Part shown: positions 9,465-22,200 of the stretch, in pieces
Layout of the letters: each line of letters begins with the position of its first letter
How positions within the stretch are numbered: the first letter of the stretch is position 1
IMG/VR virus record: IMGVR_UViG_3300037067_007160
Span: 32,001-96,000 of that record
Reading direction: 5' to 3' (one strand)
From: a virus
Lineage: Duplodnaviria; Caudoviricetes
DNA length: 64,000 nucleotides
Made by a program: the position numbers and the translations under genes
The notes under the pieces: generated by a model
The model's database searches: none
Told to the model about the DNA's origin: nothing
What the model saw: only the letters and a program-made list of their open reading frames with translations

Positions 9465-12400
9465 TGGCTAGAGAAGAAGATAACCTTAATGGTATAGAGA
9501 TAGCGATGCGAACCGGGGCCGGACTTGGCCTTGGTTATGCTGCCATCCATGCATATCGATCAGACTATCAGGGGATGAAGAGATCATTTCTTGGTATGAA
9601 TCTATCACCTACCATAAAGAGGGCCTTTACCCGCATTTGGCAATTCTCAGGTGAGTTCTTTGAACACATAAACATGGAAAAGTCACTTAGTCTTCCAATA
9701 TATATGCAGGAGATTAAGAATGATTTTGAAATAACGCGAGTTATAGAGGAAATCAATAGAAAAAGGTCGCAAATTCAGGACATATTCCTTGGTGCATCCG
9801 ATGCTATAGAGAATATAAGGGCAACTGCCCTAGTAGAAGGTATAAATCCTGAACATCTAGTTCCAATGCTCGGAGAATTTAGCACCTTTAGAAACAACTA
9901 CTTTGGTAGAGCTCTTTGGAGAGCTGAAGTTCTCACTGAATCAACATTTAAGGGAAGGTCAGCTGCTGTTGAAACTGGAAGACTTGAATCTCTACGAGTT
10001 GATGAGTTAGAGTCTATAAATCAACAGTTAAAAATCGTTAGGGATAGGGCAAGACAACTAGAATATAATATACGTGGAGCAAAAAATGATATTCAGAGAA
10101 TAGTAAACCTCTCTACATCAAAAATGGGTGGTGTAAGTGAACAAAGGACTTCTGAAATTATTACTGACAAGATGCAGAAGATAAGAGAAAGGATAGATGC
10201 AACGACAAGGACAATAGGTGGACTTGCCGACCTAAGACCAACATCAAATCCAGTTCCACAGACACCAAACTTCAAATTCTGGACAATAGGTGGCGATATT
10301 CGTGATCTCAAATCACAAATATCAAATCAAAGGTTAATAGGTAGGGAGGGGTTGCACACAATCTCCACTGTTGTAAAACAGATGTATGATGATCCACTTC
10401 TGACAAAGAATATTATTGGTCCAGAAAAGATTGCTCAGAGAAAGACAGAGGAAAGACTCGTTCGAAGAGAATTCATGGCGAACATACGTGATTCTATTAG
10501 AGATCTACAAAGGACTGGAATCTTTTCCTCTGTAGAAGTTGGTGTTACAACAGAAGCCATGGATGAAGTTGTTATTAGAGCCACAAAGAGAGGTGGTGGA
10601 GAACTTCTCATTCCATTGGCCATAAATATACCAAAGACAGAGGCAGGAATACGATATGCACGACGCGGAGGAAAGACATTCTTCCAGCCATTCACAAAAC
10701 AGAGAAACATTTTGCTTGAGCAGTCAAGACAGGCATCATATATGTTATCGGATCCAGCCTTTCTTCCTCAAGATATCGATGAGAGGGTAAAAGACTCTCT
10801 TGATTCAATCTTTGATAGAATGATGTTACCATCTAAGACAACATTAGTAGATGCAGTGCAAAGTGCTCAGGTAAATCAACGACTTACCCATCAAGAATCT
10901 GAACTTTTTATGGGAGCTTGGGATTCTTTTAGAAAAATACAGAAAGTAAAGATGGGTAGAGGAAGTATATTACATATAGATCTTGAGGGTGACCAAATTG
11001 GTTGGTCTTTAATGGACTGGAAAGGACAACCTATTGATGGTTACCACTTCGCTATTGGTACAGGTGCTGTTGCTAAGACACCAACACATCTTCGATCAAA
11101 ATCCCTAGGCGGACATAATATCGTCCAGGAAATAGGCGAGAATGAATTGGATAAGGTTGTTGATGCTCTTCATAAGACTATTATGAAGTCCTATGGTAAA
11201 CCTATCCGGATTGCAAGTAAAGCATATGGATTATTTGATAAAGAAAAGCTAAATGCCTTACTTACAGAAGTCGATAAACGCTCAATGGGTGGCAATCCTA
11301 AGATTGCGGCTCTTAAGGCCGCCCTATCATCAGATAATGTCATTGAAATCAATAACTTACCACGTATGAATGGCGAAACACTACAGGTAAAGGGCGTACA
11401 ACTCTTCCGTATTATGTCCAGACACCTAAGGAATAAACCGAAGTTGCGTGCACAGATGGAACAACTAGTAAAGAAGGTTGGAATTCCTTCCTTTGATGAG
11501 ATCGGTCAGATGGTGGTCGAACAGGGACATCATACGGCCTTTATGGATGCCTATATGCAGGGTATCTATGTTGAATTCACAAGGATGCTTCAAAAGAAGG
11601 ATAGAAGGGCTGTAGAACGCGAGTTCAAGAAGATAAAGGAAGGTTTTCTACCAGATAGACTTACTGTAGGTCTCTATCATAGTGAACTCTCCCATCTAAG
11701 GCGTCTGAACGTCTCTCCATCAGCTAGCATTCATGGAAAGTTGGATACAAGTGGTAGCATGCTAACAAATCCATTTCCAGATCAAAGGCCAGGCCATGAA
11801 TATAGGCAAATTCCATCTATGCAACTTAGGAGTATATCAGATCCTGTTACGAGAAGAAGAATTCAAGATGAGTATAGAAGACTTATGGATGCAGGAATTG
11901 AACCTGATCTAAATCAGATACTAAAGCGTGAATTGAATGAAATACATACGAAATCCTTGGTTCTTATTGATCCTGGCGGAACTCGTTACATGGCAAAGGA
12001 TGATTTTGGATTTTCAGATCCTCTTATGAAATCTTCTACTTGGGCTGAGGCCTATGAGGAAGTTGTTGATAAGGGATCTAGTATTGAATTTGGTATAAAG
12101 GAGGGTGCTGAGGTCTCAACTGGTGGATTTGTTGGCCTACGTCGGGATGAACCAATTGCTTTTAAGTCAAGAAAACATACCCAGAAAGGTATAGTTACTT
12201 CCATTATAGATAATAAGGATGGAACGGAGACTATCGTTATTAATAGAATTAATAAGTTAGGATGGGGAATTCCTGTTGTTGTTGGTGGTTCTCAGGCGGC
12301 AACTGTTACAAGATCCATGGATGACTATCTACCACATATTGGTGGTGACTTCAGTTCATTTCGATTGGCTGCATATGCTGAGAAGAATAACCCTGGCGCC

Positions 12401-15400
12401 GTTATGTCAGACATGCTCGCTCTTATGTTTCATCACTCTGGAATGGGCCCAAATGCAATAGTAAAGAATGATATTCTGACAAAGATAATTATGAAGAAGA
12501 TGGGTGCTGATCCAAAGGATGCTAGAAGGACAAGGTTTCCAATGGTAAGAGATACTCTTAGTGGAATGATGAAACCAGATGTAAGAGGAAGAGAATACTG
12601 GTACGAGAACTTCAAAGACATGGATATTGGTAAAATTGTCGAGATTAGCGAGGAGTATAAGAGACAGGTTACCGCTCTTGGAGATTCCTTTACTGGAAGT
12701 CGGCTTATTTTCGATGAAATTCATAAGGTAATGGGTAGGAGTGAGATACGTGAGACACAGGACAAAGTCCTAAGATCCTATGGTATGCTTATGGGCCAGA
12801 AAGGATATATAGAGGCAAATGTGAAGATAGCTTCACATAATATGGGTCGTCCTATTAGTGAGAGTGCTATAAAGTCTAGAGTAAATGATGTAAGGAGAGT
12901 CCTCGAGAGTGGAGATGTCAAATCTGCCATTGCCCTCATGAGAAATGATATTAAAATAGGAGAAGTGGATGATATCTTAGAGCAGTTACCAGCCCACTTT
13001 GGTTTTGTACGTCATAGGGAAGATCTTGATGCTAGACTTACATGGTCACCAGCCACCGTAAGCTGGGATTCTGTTGTTGCCCGTGACTTTGATACTATGA
13101 GTGGTCTTGGTGAGTTGAAACAACTTAATATTAGCATGGCCACTCTTGAGCAACTCTCACCTTTACGGGATAGCAAGGGTCTCTTGGATATTCTTCGAAC
13201 AGGCATCTATAAGAGTGATCCAATTAAGACATATAGGATGTTTCCATTTTCATTTCTCTCCTCTAAGGAGACCTTATCTGGATTCAGACGAGTATCTAGA
13301 AATGATGTTACAAAACATCTCAATAAGTTCCTCGATAGGTGGATGTCTCTACCAGAGACAACAAGAATGGGTAACTTCAATGGTTGGATACCAAAGGATG
13401 CTGTTTATAACCTAAATGGAAGTTGGATGACAAGAGAAGCAGCCCAATCTCACTATGGTATGACATCAATTGAGTTTGATGAAGCCGTTCGTGATGGAAA
13501 GGCTACTTTGGTCGATCCAACTGTCCTAAAGAGTCGTCTAAGAGTTGCTTCTGATGTAGACCAGATGAGAAGAACTAGCATGCAACCATTTTCAGTAGAA
13601 TTTGGTAGGGATGCTAGACTTTCCGTTGAAGCAAGATGGAGTAAGACAAATGTTAATATAGAGCGTCTTCTTATTACACAAGCATCGAGAGAAGACTACT
13701 TTCCTGTCGATATGGTAGGCCCTGGGGGTAAAAAGCAACGTTATCTCATTGAATCTCCCATCCAGACCAAGACAAGAGAGGTCCTACGTCATATTCTATC
13801 TGGCGCCTTCGTAAATCCACGAGATGGTAACACAGGTGGCCCTGTTCTCCAGGAGTTAATGGATCTCTACCAGGACTATACTGTGAAACTCAATTTGAAG
13901 ACCTCCCTGGCAACCTCTATGGTCCCTGTTGTCCGTTTCCATGGAAGTACGTTATTTACCGACCTTCCTCAACTATCTGGTGGAGTAACGACCAAAGAAG
14001 AGGCTATGAAGGTCATGATGGGCGTCTTTGGTACAAAAGAGATGGATTCCAAGATGTTTCTTCGAAGAAGAGGTGTAATGCCAAGAAAAGAAGGATTCAT
14101 AGTTGGTGTCAATGAAAGAGATGTTGATAAATGGATAGGAAACGTCTTTTCAACCCTATCTTCTGATGATATTAAGGCAATGGCCAATCGATTCCTTGGA
14201 AACGTAAAACTTGGTAATAAGAGTGGGATAAATCCAAGTCTATATACTCTACGTCATATGGCTGAATTTGGACCGGCCGATGGAAAGAATTTTGCCTCAA
14301 ATGCTCTTGGTATGATCCAAAATATAGCTAGTTCTAAGGTTACTGGAGATGCTGCTAGAAAAGGCTGGCTTGATCTAGTACTAAAGGGAGTTACTCCTCT
14401 ATCAATGGGCGGACTGAAATTTCCTCTTGCTGACCAAGGCAAATTCGTAGGTGAGGACTTCTATAAGGCTATGGCCTATGGTCAGGATAGGAAGAATCTT
14501 GCTTCTAGAATGGCCATTGGTGGAAGTCCTGTAGGTGTCATGCCTTCTGCGGCCATGTTCCAGGGAACGATCGATACAGACGGTGACTTCCTTGCCTTCA
14601 TGCTAGGTGAAGGTGTAACAGAGAAGGTCCTTAAGATTATGGAGTCTAATACCTTCTTTTCTGAGATTAATCCTATTGCTCAGGTCGTAGGTACGGAGAA
14701 GGGTATGGTCCAACTTTATGATACAGTAAATAATGAGTTTATCAAGCGACCTATGGGTGTAACAACTCACTTTACGGGGTTAAACAAGGCAGAGTCTGTA
14801 CAGGCCGAGTTATGGACCAAGCAGGCGGCCGGTAAGATCACAATCTTCTCTGAGAACATAGGTCAATATATGTCACGAGTCCTATCTCATAGGGGAAGTG
14901 GACTTGCGACGGATCTTGGCCAGGAAACAATGTCAAAGATGAGACTGCAGTTGAGAGAGTGTATGGGTGCCCTTATTGAAGGTGGCGCCCTTAAGGGTAA
15001 GTCTTCAAGTAGTGCTGGATCTGATGCCATGATCGAATTCTTCGATAGACTCTCCCATGAATCAGGGGTAAAGGAGTTTATGGGTGAGGTGGAGACTATT
15101 GTCAGAAATGGAGATCCAAGTGATGTAAAGGTTGGAATGTTCAAGAAACTTCTATCTCCTATAGTCGGTTTACAGGATGTCTTCGAAGGAACAAAGGGAA
15201 TGGACTTTGGGGATGTTATGATCCAGGCAGCTAGAGGAGGTCGGGCACTTGGAAGTCTATCAGCCGAGGAAATACTTGTAGGTACATCACATAGGGCAAA
15301 GGATACATATAAGGGCCAGATGGTAGATGCCATGCGTAATATCCTTCCGGACATTCCTACTCACTTTACACCATGGAAGCAGGAGGGTGTCCTCACGGCC

Positions 15401-15838
15401 ATGAAGAGGAACATAACAAATGACTTAAGTGAACAACAGTGGAGAAAGGTATCAAAAGGTATGGGATGGGCGGCTGCTGCTGGAGCTGTCTTCCTTGCCT
15501 CAAATATGTTTAGGTCAGATGATAACCAGTTTCTTGGAGATAGACCTGGCTTCGGTGGAGAGGCTAGAGACTTTACCTTCACGCGTCCTGAGTATGAAAT
15601 GGGAGGACTTCTTGATACACCATATAAGAATCCATGGAGTAAGAGTAGGGCATACGTAACAATGGCCAATCCTTCAATGAACCAGAAGATGCAACAGTTA
15701 TCTAGAAAAGAGGAGCAAGATATAAGGACTTTCCATGAGGTTATGGGTCTTGAAAAGACTAGAGTTTCGTCATCCTTTAATTATGGAAAACGTGACCTAG
15801 CCGGCTATAGACAGCTTCTCGAAAGATACGGACAGTGA
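9464..15838 (+). CDS. giant virion protein (2124 aa); candidate two-barrel RNA polymerase with DEDDh exonuclease-like domain
   Basis: IDLE/FD/HTAFMD exonuclease-type motifs (aa ~506-695); KFP..VGVMPSAAMFQGTIDTDGDFLAFM (aa ~1704); located in the tail module. Confidence 0.6.
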   Translation: MAREEDNLNGIEIAMRTGAGLGLGYAAIHAYRSDYQGMKRSFLGMNLSPTIKRAFTRIWQFSGEFFEHINMEKSLSLPIYMQEIKNDFEITRVIEEINRKRSQIQDIFLGASDAIENIRATALVEGINPEHLVPMLGEFSTFRNNYFGRALWRAEVLTESTFKGRSAAVETGRLESLRVDELESINQQLKIVRDRARQLEYNIRGAKNDIQRIVNLSTSKMGGVSEQRTSEIITDKMQKIRERIDATTRTIGGLADLRPTSNPVPQTPNFKFWTIGGDIRDLKSQISNQRLIGREGLHTISTVVKQMYDDPLLTKNIIGPEKIAQRKTEERLVRREFMANIRDSIRDLQRTGIFSSVEVGVTTEAMDEVVIRATKRGGGELLIPLAINIPKTEAGIRYARRGGKTFFQPFTKQRNILLEQSRQASYMLSDPAFLPQDIDERVKDSLDSIFDRMMLPSKTTLVDAVQSAQVNQRLTHQESELFMGAWDSFRKIQKVKMGRGSILHIDLEGDQIGWSLMDWKGQPIDGYHFAIGTGAVAKTPTHLRSKSLGGHNIVQEIGENELDKVVDALHKTIMKSYGKPIRIASKAYGLFDKEKLNALLTEVDKRSMGGNPKIAALKAALSSDNVIEINNLPRMNGETLQVKGVQLFRIMSRHLRNKPKLRAQMEQLVKKVGIPSFDEIGQMVVEQGHHTAFMDAYMQGIYVEFTRMLQKKDRRAVEREFKKIKEGFLPDRLTVGLYHSELSHLRRLNVSPSASIHGKLDTSGSMLTNPFPDQRPGHEYRQIPSMQLRSISDPVTRRRIQDEYRRLMDAGIEPDLNQILKRELNEIHTKSLVLIDPGGTRYMAKDDFGFSDPLMKSSTWAEAYEEVVDKGSSIEFGIKEGAEVSTGGFVGLRRDEPIAFKSRKHTQKGIVTSIIDNKDGTETIVINRINKLGWGIPVVVGGSQAATVTRSMDDYLPHIGGDFSSFRLAAYAEKNNPGAVMSDMLALMFHHSGMGPNAIVKNDILTKIIMKKMGADPKDARRTRFPMVRDTLSGMMKPDVRGREYWYENFKDMDIGKIVEISEEYKRQVTALGDSFTGSRLIFDEIHKVMGRSEIRETQDKVLRSYGMLMGQKGYIEANVKIASHNMGRPISESAIKSRVNDVRRVLESGDVKSAIALMRNDIKIGEVDDILEQLPAHFGFVRHREDLDARLTWSPATVSWDSVVARDFDTMSGLGELKQLNISMATLEQLSPLRDSKGLLDILRTGIYKSDPIKTYRMFPFSFLSSKETLSGFRRVSRNDVTKHLNKFLDRWMSLPETTRMGNFNGWIPKDAVYNLNGSWMTREAAQSHYGMTSIEFDEAVRDGKATLVDPTVLKSRLRVASDVDQMRRTSMQPFSVEFGRDARLSVEARWSKTNVNIERLLITQASREDYFPVDMVGPGGKKQRYLIESPIQTKTREVLRHILSGAFVNPRDGNTGGPVLQELMDLYQDYTVKLNLKTSLATSMVPVVRFHGSTLFTDLPQLSGGVTTKEEAMKVMMGVFGTKEMDSKMFLRRRGVMPRKEGFIVGVNERDVDKWIGNVFSTLSSDDIKAMANRFLGNVKLGNKSGINPSLYTLRHMAEFGPADGKNFASNALGMIQNIASSKVTGDAARKGWLDLVLKGVTPLSMGGLKFPLADQGKFVGEDFYKAMAYGQDRKNLASRMAIGGSPVGVMPSAAMFQGTIDTDGDFLAFMLGEGVTEKVLKIMESNTFFSEINPIAQVVGTEKGMVQLYDTVNNEFIKRPMGVTTHFTGLNKAESVQAELWTKQAAGKITIFSENIGQYMSRVLSHRGSGLATDLGQETMSKMRLQLRECMGALIEGGALKGKSSSSAGSDAMIEFFDRLSHESGVKEFMGEVETIVRNGDPSDVKVGMFKKLLSPIVGLQDVFEGTKGMDFGDVMIQAARGGRALGSLSAEEILVGTSHRAKDTYKGQMVDAMRNILPDIPTHFTPWKQEGVLTAMKRNITNDLSEQQWRKVSKGMGWAAAAGAVFLASNMFRSDDNQFLGDRPGFGGEARDFTFTRPEYEMGGLLDTPYKNPWSKSRAYVTMANPSMNQKMQQLSRKEEQDIRTFHEVMGLEKTRVSSSFNYGKRDLAGYRQLLERYGQ

Positions 15839-15850
15839 TATAATCAAACT

Positions 15851-15997
15851 ATGGCATTCCAAGTGGTTGTTAAAGTTAGAGATTCAAAAAAGGTAAGAAA
15901 CCTAAGGGCACTCTCCCAACAAATAGCTAGTCTTTTAGAGCAATTTACTGGGAAGAGGACCGTGTTAACTATTAAAGACTTTGGTAAACCAAAATGA
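15851..15997 (+). CDS. small basic protein (48 aa), probably leaderless
   Basis: MAFQVVVKVRDSKK..TIKDFGKPK; ATG 6 nt after TGATATAAT; below the ORF-track length cutoff. Confidence 0.55.
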   Translation: MAFQVVVKVRDSKKVRNLRALSQQIASLLEQFTGKRTVLTIKDFGKPK

Positions 15998-16278
15998 AGA
16001 AACTCTGCAAGCATTGTATGATAGAAAAAGATTATTGTGAATTTAATAAGAATTCACATACAAAAGATGGTATAAACTATATATGTAAGTTATGTGTTAG
16101 TATATATAATAAGAAATATCATGATCATAATACTGGTAACGTTCATGGTTTACTTTGTAGTTCATGCAACACAGCCATTGGATTACTGTATGATAATCTT
16201 AGTATAGCAGAATCTGTTGTTGCCTATTTGAAAGACCATTTTATTATAACTGTCAAGGACTTCTCTAATGCTAAATGA
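15994..16278 (+). pseudogene. degenerate endonuclease VII-type HNH homing endonuclease
   Basis: CxxC zinc finger then HDHNTGNVHGLLCSSCN; the usual intervening CxxC segment is missing; AT-rich. Confidence 0.65.
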
Positions 16279-19200
16279 TAGGATCAGTCTAGACTACACA
16301 AAGGAACTTGGTGAAGCCTTCGAAAAGGAGAAGGCTTCACGAGGTGCCTTTACAGGTGAAGTTGAGAGAGTTATTGATGGTGATACCTTTGTCCTAGCTG
16401 GTCGCCAGCAACATGTTCGTCTAAAGGGAGTTAATGCACCAGAAAGAAATTGGAGCAAACTAACATCATCCGAGAAGAAAACTCTTGCTGATGTTGATGG
16501 TGAGAATTCCTATAAGGAACTTCAAGATATCCTTGATGGAAAGAGAGTTAAACTCAGTAGTGTAGAGGCACAATCTGGCAAGAATCATTATGGTGAACGT
16601 ATTACTGCCCTAGTATATACATTGGATGGTACTTTTGTCAATGCTGAAATAATTAGAAGAGGATGGGCTGTACCAGAACCAGATTTCGCATCCCAGATAC
16701 CATATGATGAGATGATTATGTTGGATCAGGCTGTAAAGGAGGCAAGGACAAATAAGCGCGGCCTCTGGTCAAAGGACCCTGGTAGCAAACTTCTAGAGCA
16801 ATTCATACCTATTTCACCGACAAATCTTGATCCTATAGACAAACTGGAAGAATACAGAAACATTCCTGGTGCAACTAGGCTAGGAACCATGTGGCTATAT
16901 GTTCCTCCTGCCCAGATAACAATAACAGAACATAACTCTAATGTAGAGTGGCCTACTATGCGCACACCTGGTACGCCACGACTGCGTTCTACTCAACAGG
17001 AACAACGCATTGAAATGGTTGTCATCTTTCCTAATATGTGGAGTATTAACTACCAGTTAAGACCTTTAATTGCTCAGTTCATTAGATCACCATTTCTTCC
17101 ACTTGAAAATGATCATATTAGGAGTATGGTCATGCCAAGTTATCTGAACTCTGTTGAGAGTGTTTCTGAGCAACTTGGATCAAGGTTCGACGATAAAACA
17201 AAGATATCCAAGTTAATAGCAAAACGGCAGGAAGAGGAAGGAAAGAGGATAGCTGAAGATCTTGGAAAGATGTCACTAGGATCCGTGGCTGACAACCAGT
17301 ATCAGGTAAAGCAAAAACCATCAGCAACGAAAGTTGATGATAGACAACTATTTATTGCTCTTAGAAATATCGTAGTAGCAACAATACCAGGAACGCCAGA
17401 AGCTCTCCAAGTAACGTTTACTATGACAGTTTTTAATTACCTACCACATATGGAGAAGGTTGAGTATCTTAGAAAGATGCCAGATCTAGAGAATCAACTT
17501 AAGTATCTTCAGATCATTGCTAATATGCGATTTCCAGATACTGTTAATAAACAGGCCCTCAACATAATAAATAGTTGTGGAACAACGACGAATGCATCAG
17601 ATAGCGAACCTTTCAAACGCTACTATAAAACTCTTCTTTCTGAGACACAGATAGGACAGACTGCTACTCCTGTATCATGGGTAAAAGGCATGATGCCTCG
17701 TCTCTCTCCTCTACAGTCTTCTAGTATGTATAGATTCAAGTTTATTCTACCAACAAATACACTATCAGCTGAGGATGTTGCTAGAAATCAAGATGAGATT
17801 GGTACATTAGAGACGCTTATTCAGAATAAGATAACAGAAGCTATAAGGGCTAGAACGAGAAAATTACTTGGAAATGATCTTGTAAATGATACAGTAGGTC
17901 AATTACTTAAGTCAACTACGGCCGTAATGAGAATATATAGTGACTTTCTTGTAAGAGAACTTCCAAGATCAGTAAAGAACTTTGAAACAAAACTATCTAA
18001 TAAGGAAAGTTTCTCTGTTAGTTTTGGTGACTATCTTGATGCAAATTCGACCGACCTACTTACATCCATCAAAGGTACTATGCTTACTGATAAGTCAACT
18101 GCCTATGATATTCTAAAGGCTGCCATTGGTGACGCTATAATAGGAGCTGATGATATCATACGGGCCACAAAGAGAATATTTGAACTTGATAGTAGGAATG
18201 TTGTGGGAACAAAGGGAACAACAATGGAAGTTGTTGTTGAAAACAACGGAAGTACAACCATAACAGGAGCCAGTGCCACATTCTCTCCTACCATAGTTCC
18301 TATCTCCATAGTTGACCATATTATGCCATCCTGCCAATTCTTAGGAAGAAGTGACTGGATGATGTCGATCAATCTTATGACAAATGACTTTACGCTTGTT
18401 CGAAGGCTTGCCACAATGAGCCAAGTTGGAAGATTAAGTCAGATAGCGAATGAACGGTCTGGGATTAGGTGGTTCATGGTTAAACTAAACTCTACAATGG
18501 TCCCAATGCTTCCAAATGCCAATGGTCTATTTTCCTACCTAGGAATAAGTAGAGTCCTATTTGAGGACTGCGTCTACGAATCAGTGAAGGAAAAGCCAGG
18601 TTGGTTTAATGTATCTCTTAGATTAGTGCAATCAGATATCGATATGGCCGAGTATGAGAGTCTGATACCAACGAACAAAGTAAGAGCTGAGGTTGTTAGA
18701 AGCATAATAAATAACATTGCTAGTGGAACTGTTTCATCTAACAAGAATAAGACAGTTCAAAGAATGTTTAATACTGTCAAGGCCGTTTTTAGACAGTCTA
18801 TGAAGATCTTTAGCACTCTCAGTCTAGTCGATGCAACTGAAGAGGATATCGATGAGCTATCAGATATGCCTGAAGTAATAGGTGGAACCATACGGGCAAT
18901 GGATAATCTTGAGAAATGGTCAGAACATGTGAAGAAACTTCTCATAAGTAAGGATAATAGATACTTTCAAACTGACACACATATTTCTGGTAATGATGTT
19001 GATGGATACGCCATCATTAAAGACGAGGACACAAGTGCTCCTTGGTTCTTTGATGAAAGAGCTCGTATATCCAGACTTACCTTCCAACAGGCGATAAACT
19101 CGGCTGTCATAACTGCTATAGCAACAGATCCAGAAGGAATACTTGAGATATACGATCCAACATTAGCTAAGGCTTCCGAAAGTCAGAGAATGCATGCTAT

Positions 19201-22200
19201 AAAACTTCTAACCTTTTCCAGTGATATAAGGACGACAAGTCCACTTCATGGTTGTTATCCAGATCTTGAACTTCCCTCATATACAGTAGATCCACTTATC
19301 GTTGGTCCAGACTTCTTCTACAAAAAGGAAGAGAGGATTGCTCCAGAAGCAACAAGGATCGTATCAGATAGATTGGAAAGCCTATATAAGAATGCCCTAT
19401 CGACAATGGGTAGAGTAAAGGCCACTGGAGAAGTTGGAAAGAAGGCAGAAGAAGCAATGAATAGCCTTCCAGGAGACATAATACCTGACATCCGCCTATA
19501 TTCTCTTTATAAACAAGTGAAGGAACAACAAGGATCCGAGGAAATAGTAAATAGTAGTGGGTCTAGTGCGGACGAAGTATATAAGAATGTCAAAAGAATA
19601 ATGGAATCTGGAAAGATAACAATGCCTTCCGATGAGGAGGATAAGACTCTTATAGATGAACTAGATGCCCAAGAATACGCAAATGTATCGGCTAAGGAAC
19701 AGGTATCAATGTATCGTGTATCTCTTGCCTTTAGGATAGCAACTCTTCAGGACATGATTAAGCAAGGAGCGGAGAAGGAAGAGTCTGTTCGCTATCTAAC
19801 AAAACAGAGGGATACGTTACTTGAAGAGTACAACGCAATACCAAAGTATGCCTCAGTTGGTACGGATGCTATGCAAAATATATGGGGAGTTGCTACTCCT
19901 TCAACTATAAAGAGAAGCTATCTTTATATGCAAAAGGCAGCCGAGGCCAAAGTCCTAAGGGCTAGGTCTGAGGAAGTATCTGGATCGCTAGCTAGGGTAT
20001 ATCCTACCATGAAACTCTACTTTATTGAAGAGGATCCTCACGAGTGGCAACTCTTTGATGACTACTATGAGTACTCATCCATTCGTAGTGCCCAGGTAGT
20101 GATGTCCGATGATTCAGCTTCAAAAGTGGCAACAATTCAGATATCTAACATTACACAAAGACTAACGGACGCAAAACCTGGTCTTACTGAAGTCTCATCA
20201 GCTGATCAAACTTCACAGGAACAAACTCTTACCTCATTCCTTCTTAGAGAAGGAATGACAATTATGATTAGAATGGGTTATAGTAATGATCCTTTACTTC
20301 TAGAAAGAGTATTCTTTGGAAAGGTTGTCTCGGTCTCTCCTGGTGATACGATACAGATAGTAGCTCAGTCCTTTGGTGCGGAATTCATGTCACAAGTATT
20401 TAATGGAGAGGAAAGAAATCTTGGCTATCTTGGCACAACACGTAGTCATGGAGATGTCCTATCAGTAGCCATGAGTGATATGGATGGGCTTGACCACTTT
20501 GGTAATAGAAATTGGTTAGAAATGCTTAGATTGAAGGATCCGACATTCGCCAGCCCAACCTTTGAAGGTTTTGCCTATAGCAATCCAAAGTATAAGAAGT
20601 GGGACTACTATACATCTATCATTAATCCAATTAAGAAACTTATACAGTTTGGTGTGTATGATCCTAGATTTGAGAATATGTATATTCCATTTAGTGGTAA
20701 CACTTGGAGTGGAACAGCTCAGATAGCAATGACAGCAATGGCAGCAAGCGTTGGAGCGCCAGCAGCACTTCTTGCTTTTCCTGCATATATAACAGCCAAA
20801 ATAATGGGAAAGGAAACACCATCACTCTCAAAGGCTAAAGGAGATGAGTGTTTCGACTGGTATACGACTCCTGGAACTACACTATGGGATATGATGCAGG
20901 AAATGGCTCTCTACTATGAAGATTACATAGTAACTACCCTACCGTATAATGAGGATATTGCAGGCTGGCAGAGGGAGACAATCTATATTGGTCCACGAAG
21001 TGGATACTATAAGTATACTGAGCGATTTGATGATGAGAAGACAGCATCTGATATGTTCAAGAAGAATAAAGAGATGTACGATCTTCCACTTGAATTTTCG
21101 GATAGTAATCGTGCGAAACAAAAGCAAATGGTGTTGCAAAAGATGGCAGAAGATAGGGGAATGAACGGTGGTATCACCGATGGAAAGATCATTACATATA
21201 GTGTAAGAAATGTAAGCGATCCATTTATAACGACCAGAGATGATGCTGGTGTAGTTGTAGCAACGAACTACGGTGGTTCCTACCATCCTTCATACGGTTA
21301 CTACGTAATTATTGAGATGACAGATAATAGAAGTGTTGAGATCGTCAGAGAGGGAACAAAGAACTATACGATGGTCTATGGCCTATCTGATCCAAAGGAT
21401 CTTGTTGATATTATATTTGTAAATGAAAGTATTGGCCAGGGTCAGACACTTGGATATTGCGATACCAACGTGAAGCAGATATTTATCCAGCCAAAAACAG
21501 CTGCTATTCCAAATATAAATACAGTATGGGGCAACTATATTAATATGGTAGAGAAGAATGTTGACTATGAACTTAAACAGTTCGTATCTGTCTCCTCTGA
21601 TGCCACAGTAAAGACATCAATATTAGGATTACCAGTTAATGCTAATGTATCAGATGTAACAAGAACAAGACCTAGTGAGTCTCAAAAAGATGCTGCGAAG
21701 TATACTATTAATATAAAGAACCCTGAACATATTATAGATTCTGAAGGAAAACCAGCTAAGGGATATGCTTCAGTCGTAAATTACCACTGGGTTGATAGTC
21801 GACATGATATTATAGAAAACACAATAATGGCAACAGCAGAGAATCTCCATAATAAGGTTACCATTAGATTTCCTGATGATCCGGGTTCTGGTACAGATAA
21901 TGAGTTTACTATGGTTGCTGATGACAATATAAAACCAGGAAATCTACGCCATCTCATTGTTAAGGCACCAAATATCGATCCTGTTTCATGGGAGTTTGGC
22001 CAGAAGTTCTATCAGCTTGTTATGAAGAATCCTCTTAGGGCTGTCCCTAGTGTTGGTATTATGCCGGCAAAATATACAGTTACGGCAAATATCCTCGCTA
22101 ATGAAATGAGGAAGATGTATGGTGGATATCTGAGAATCTGGGGCCGACCATCTATCAAACCCTTTGATGTTGTATATATGAACGATATGAGCAATCAGAT

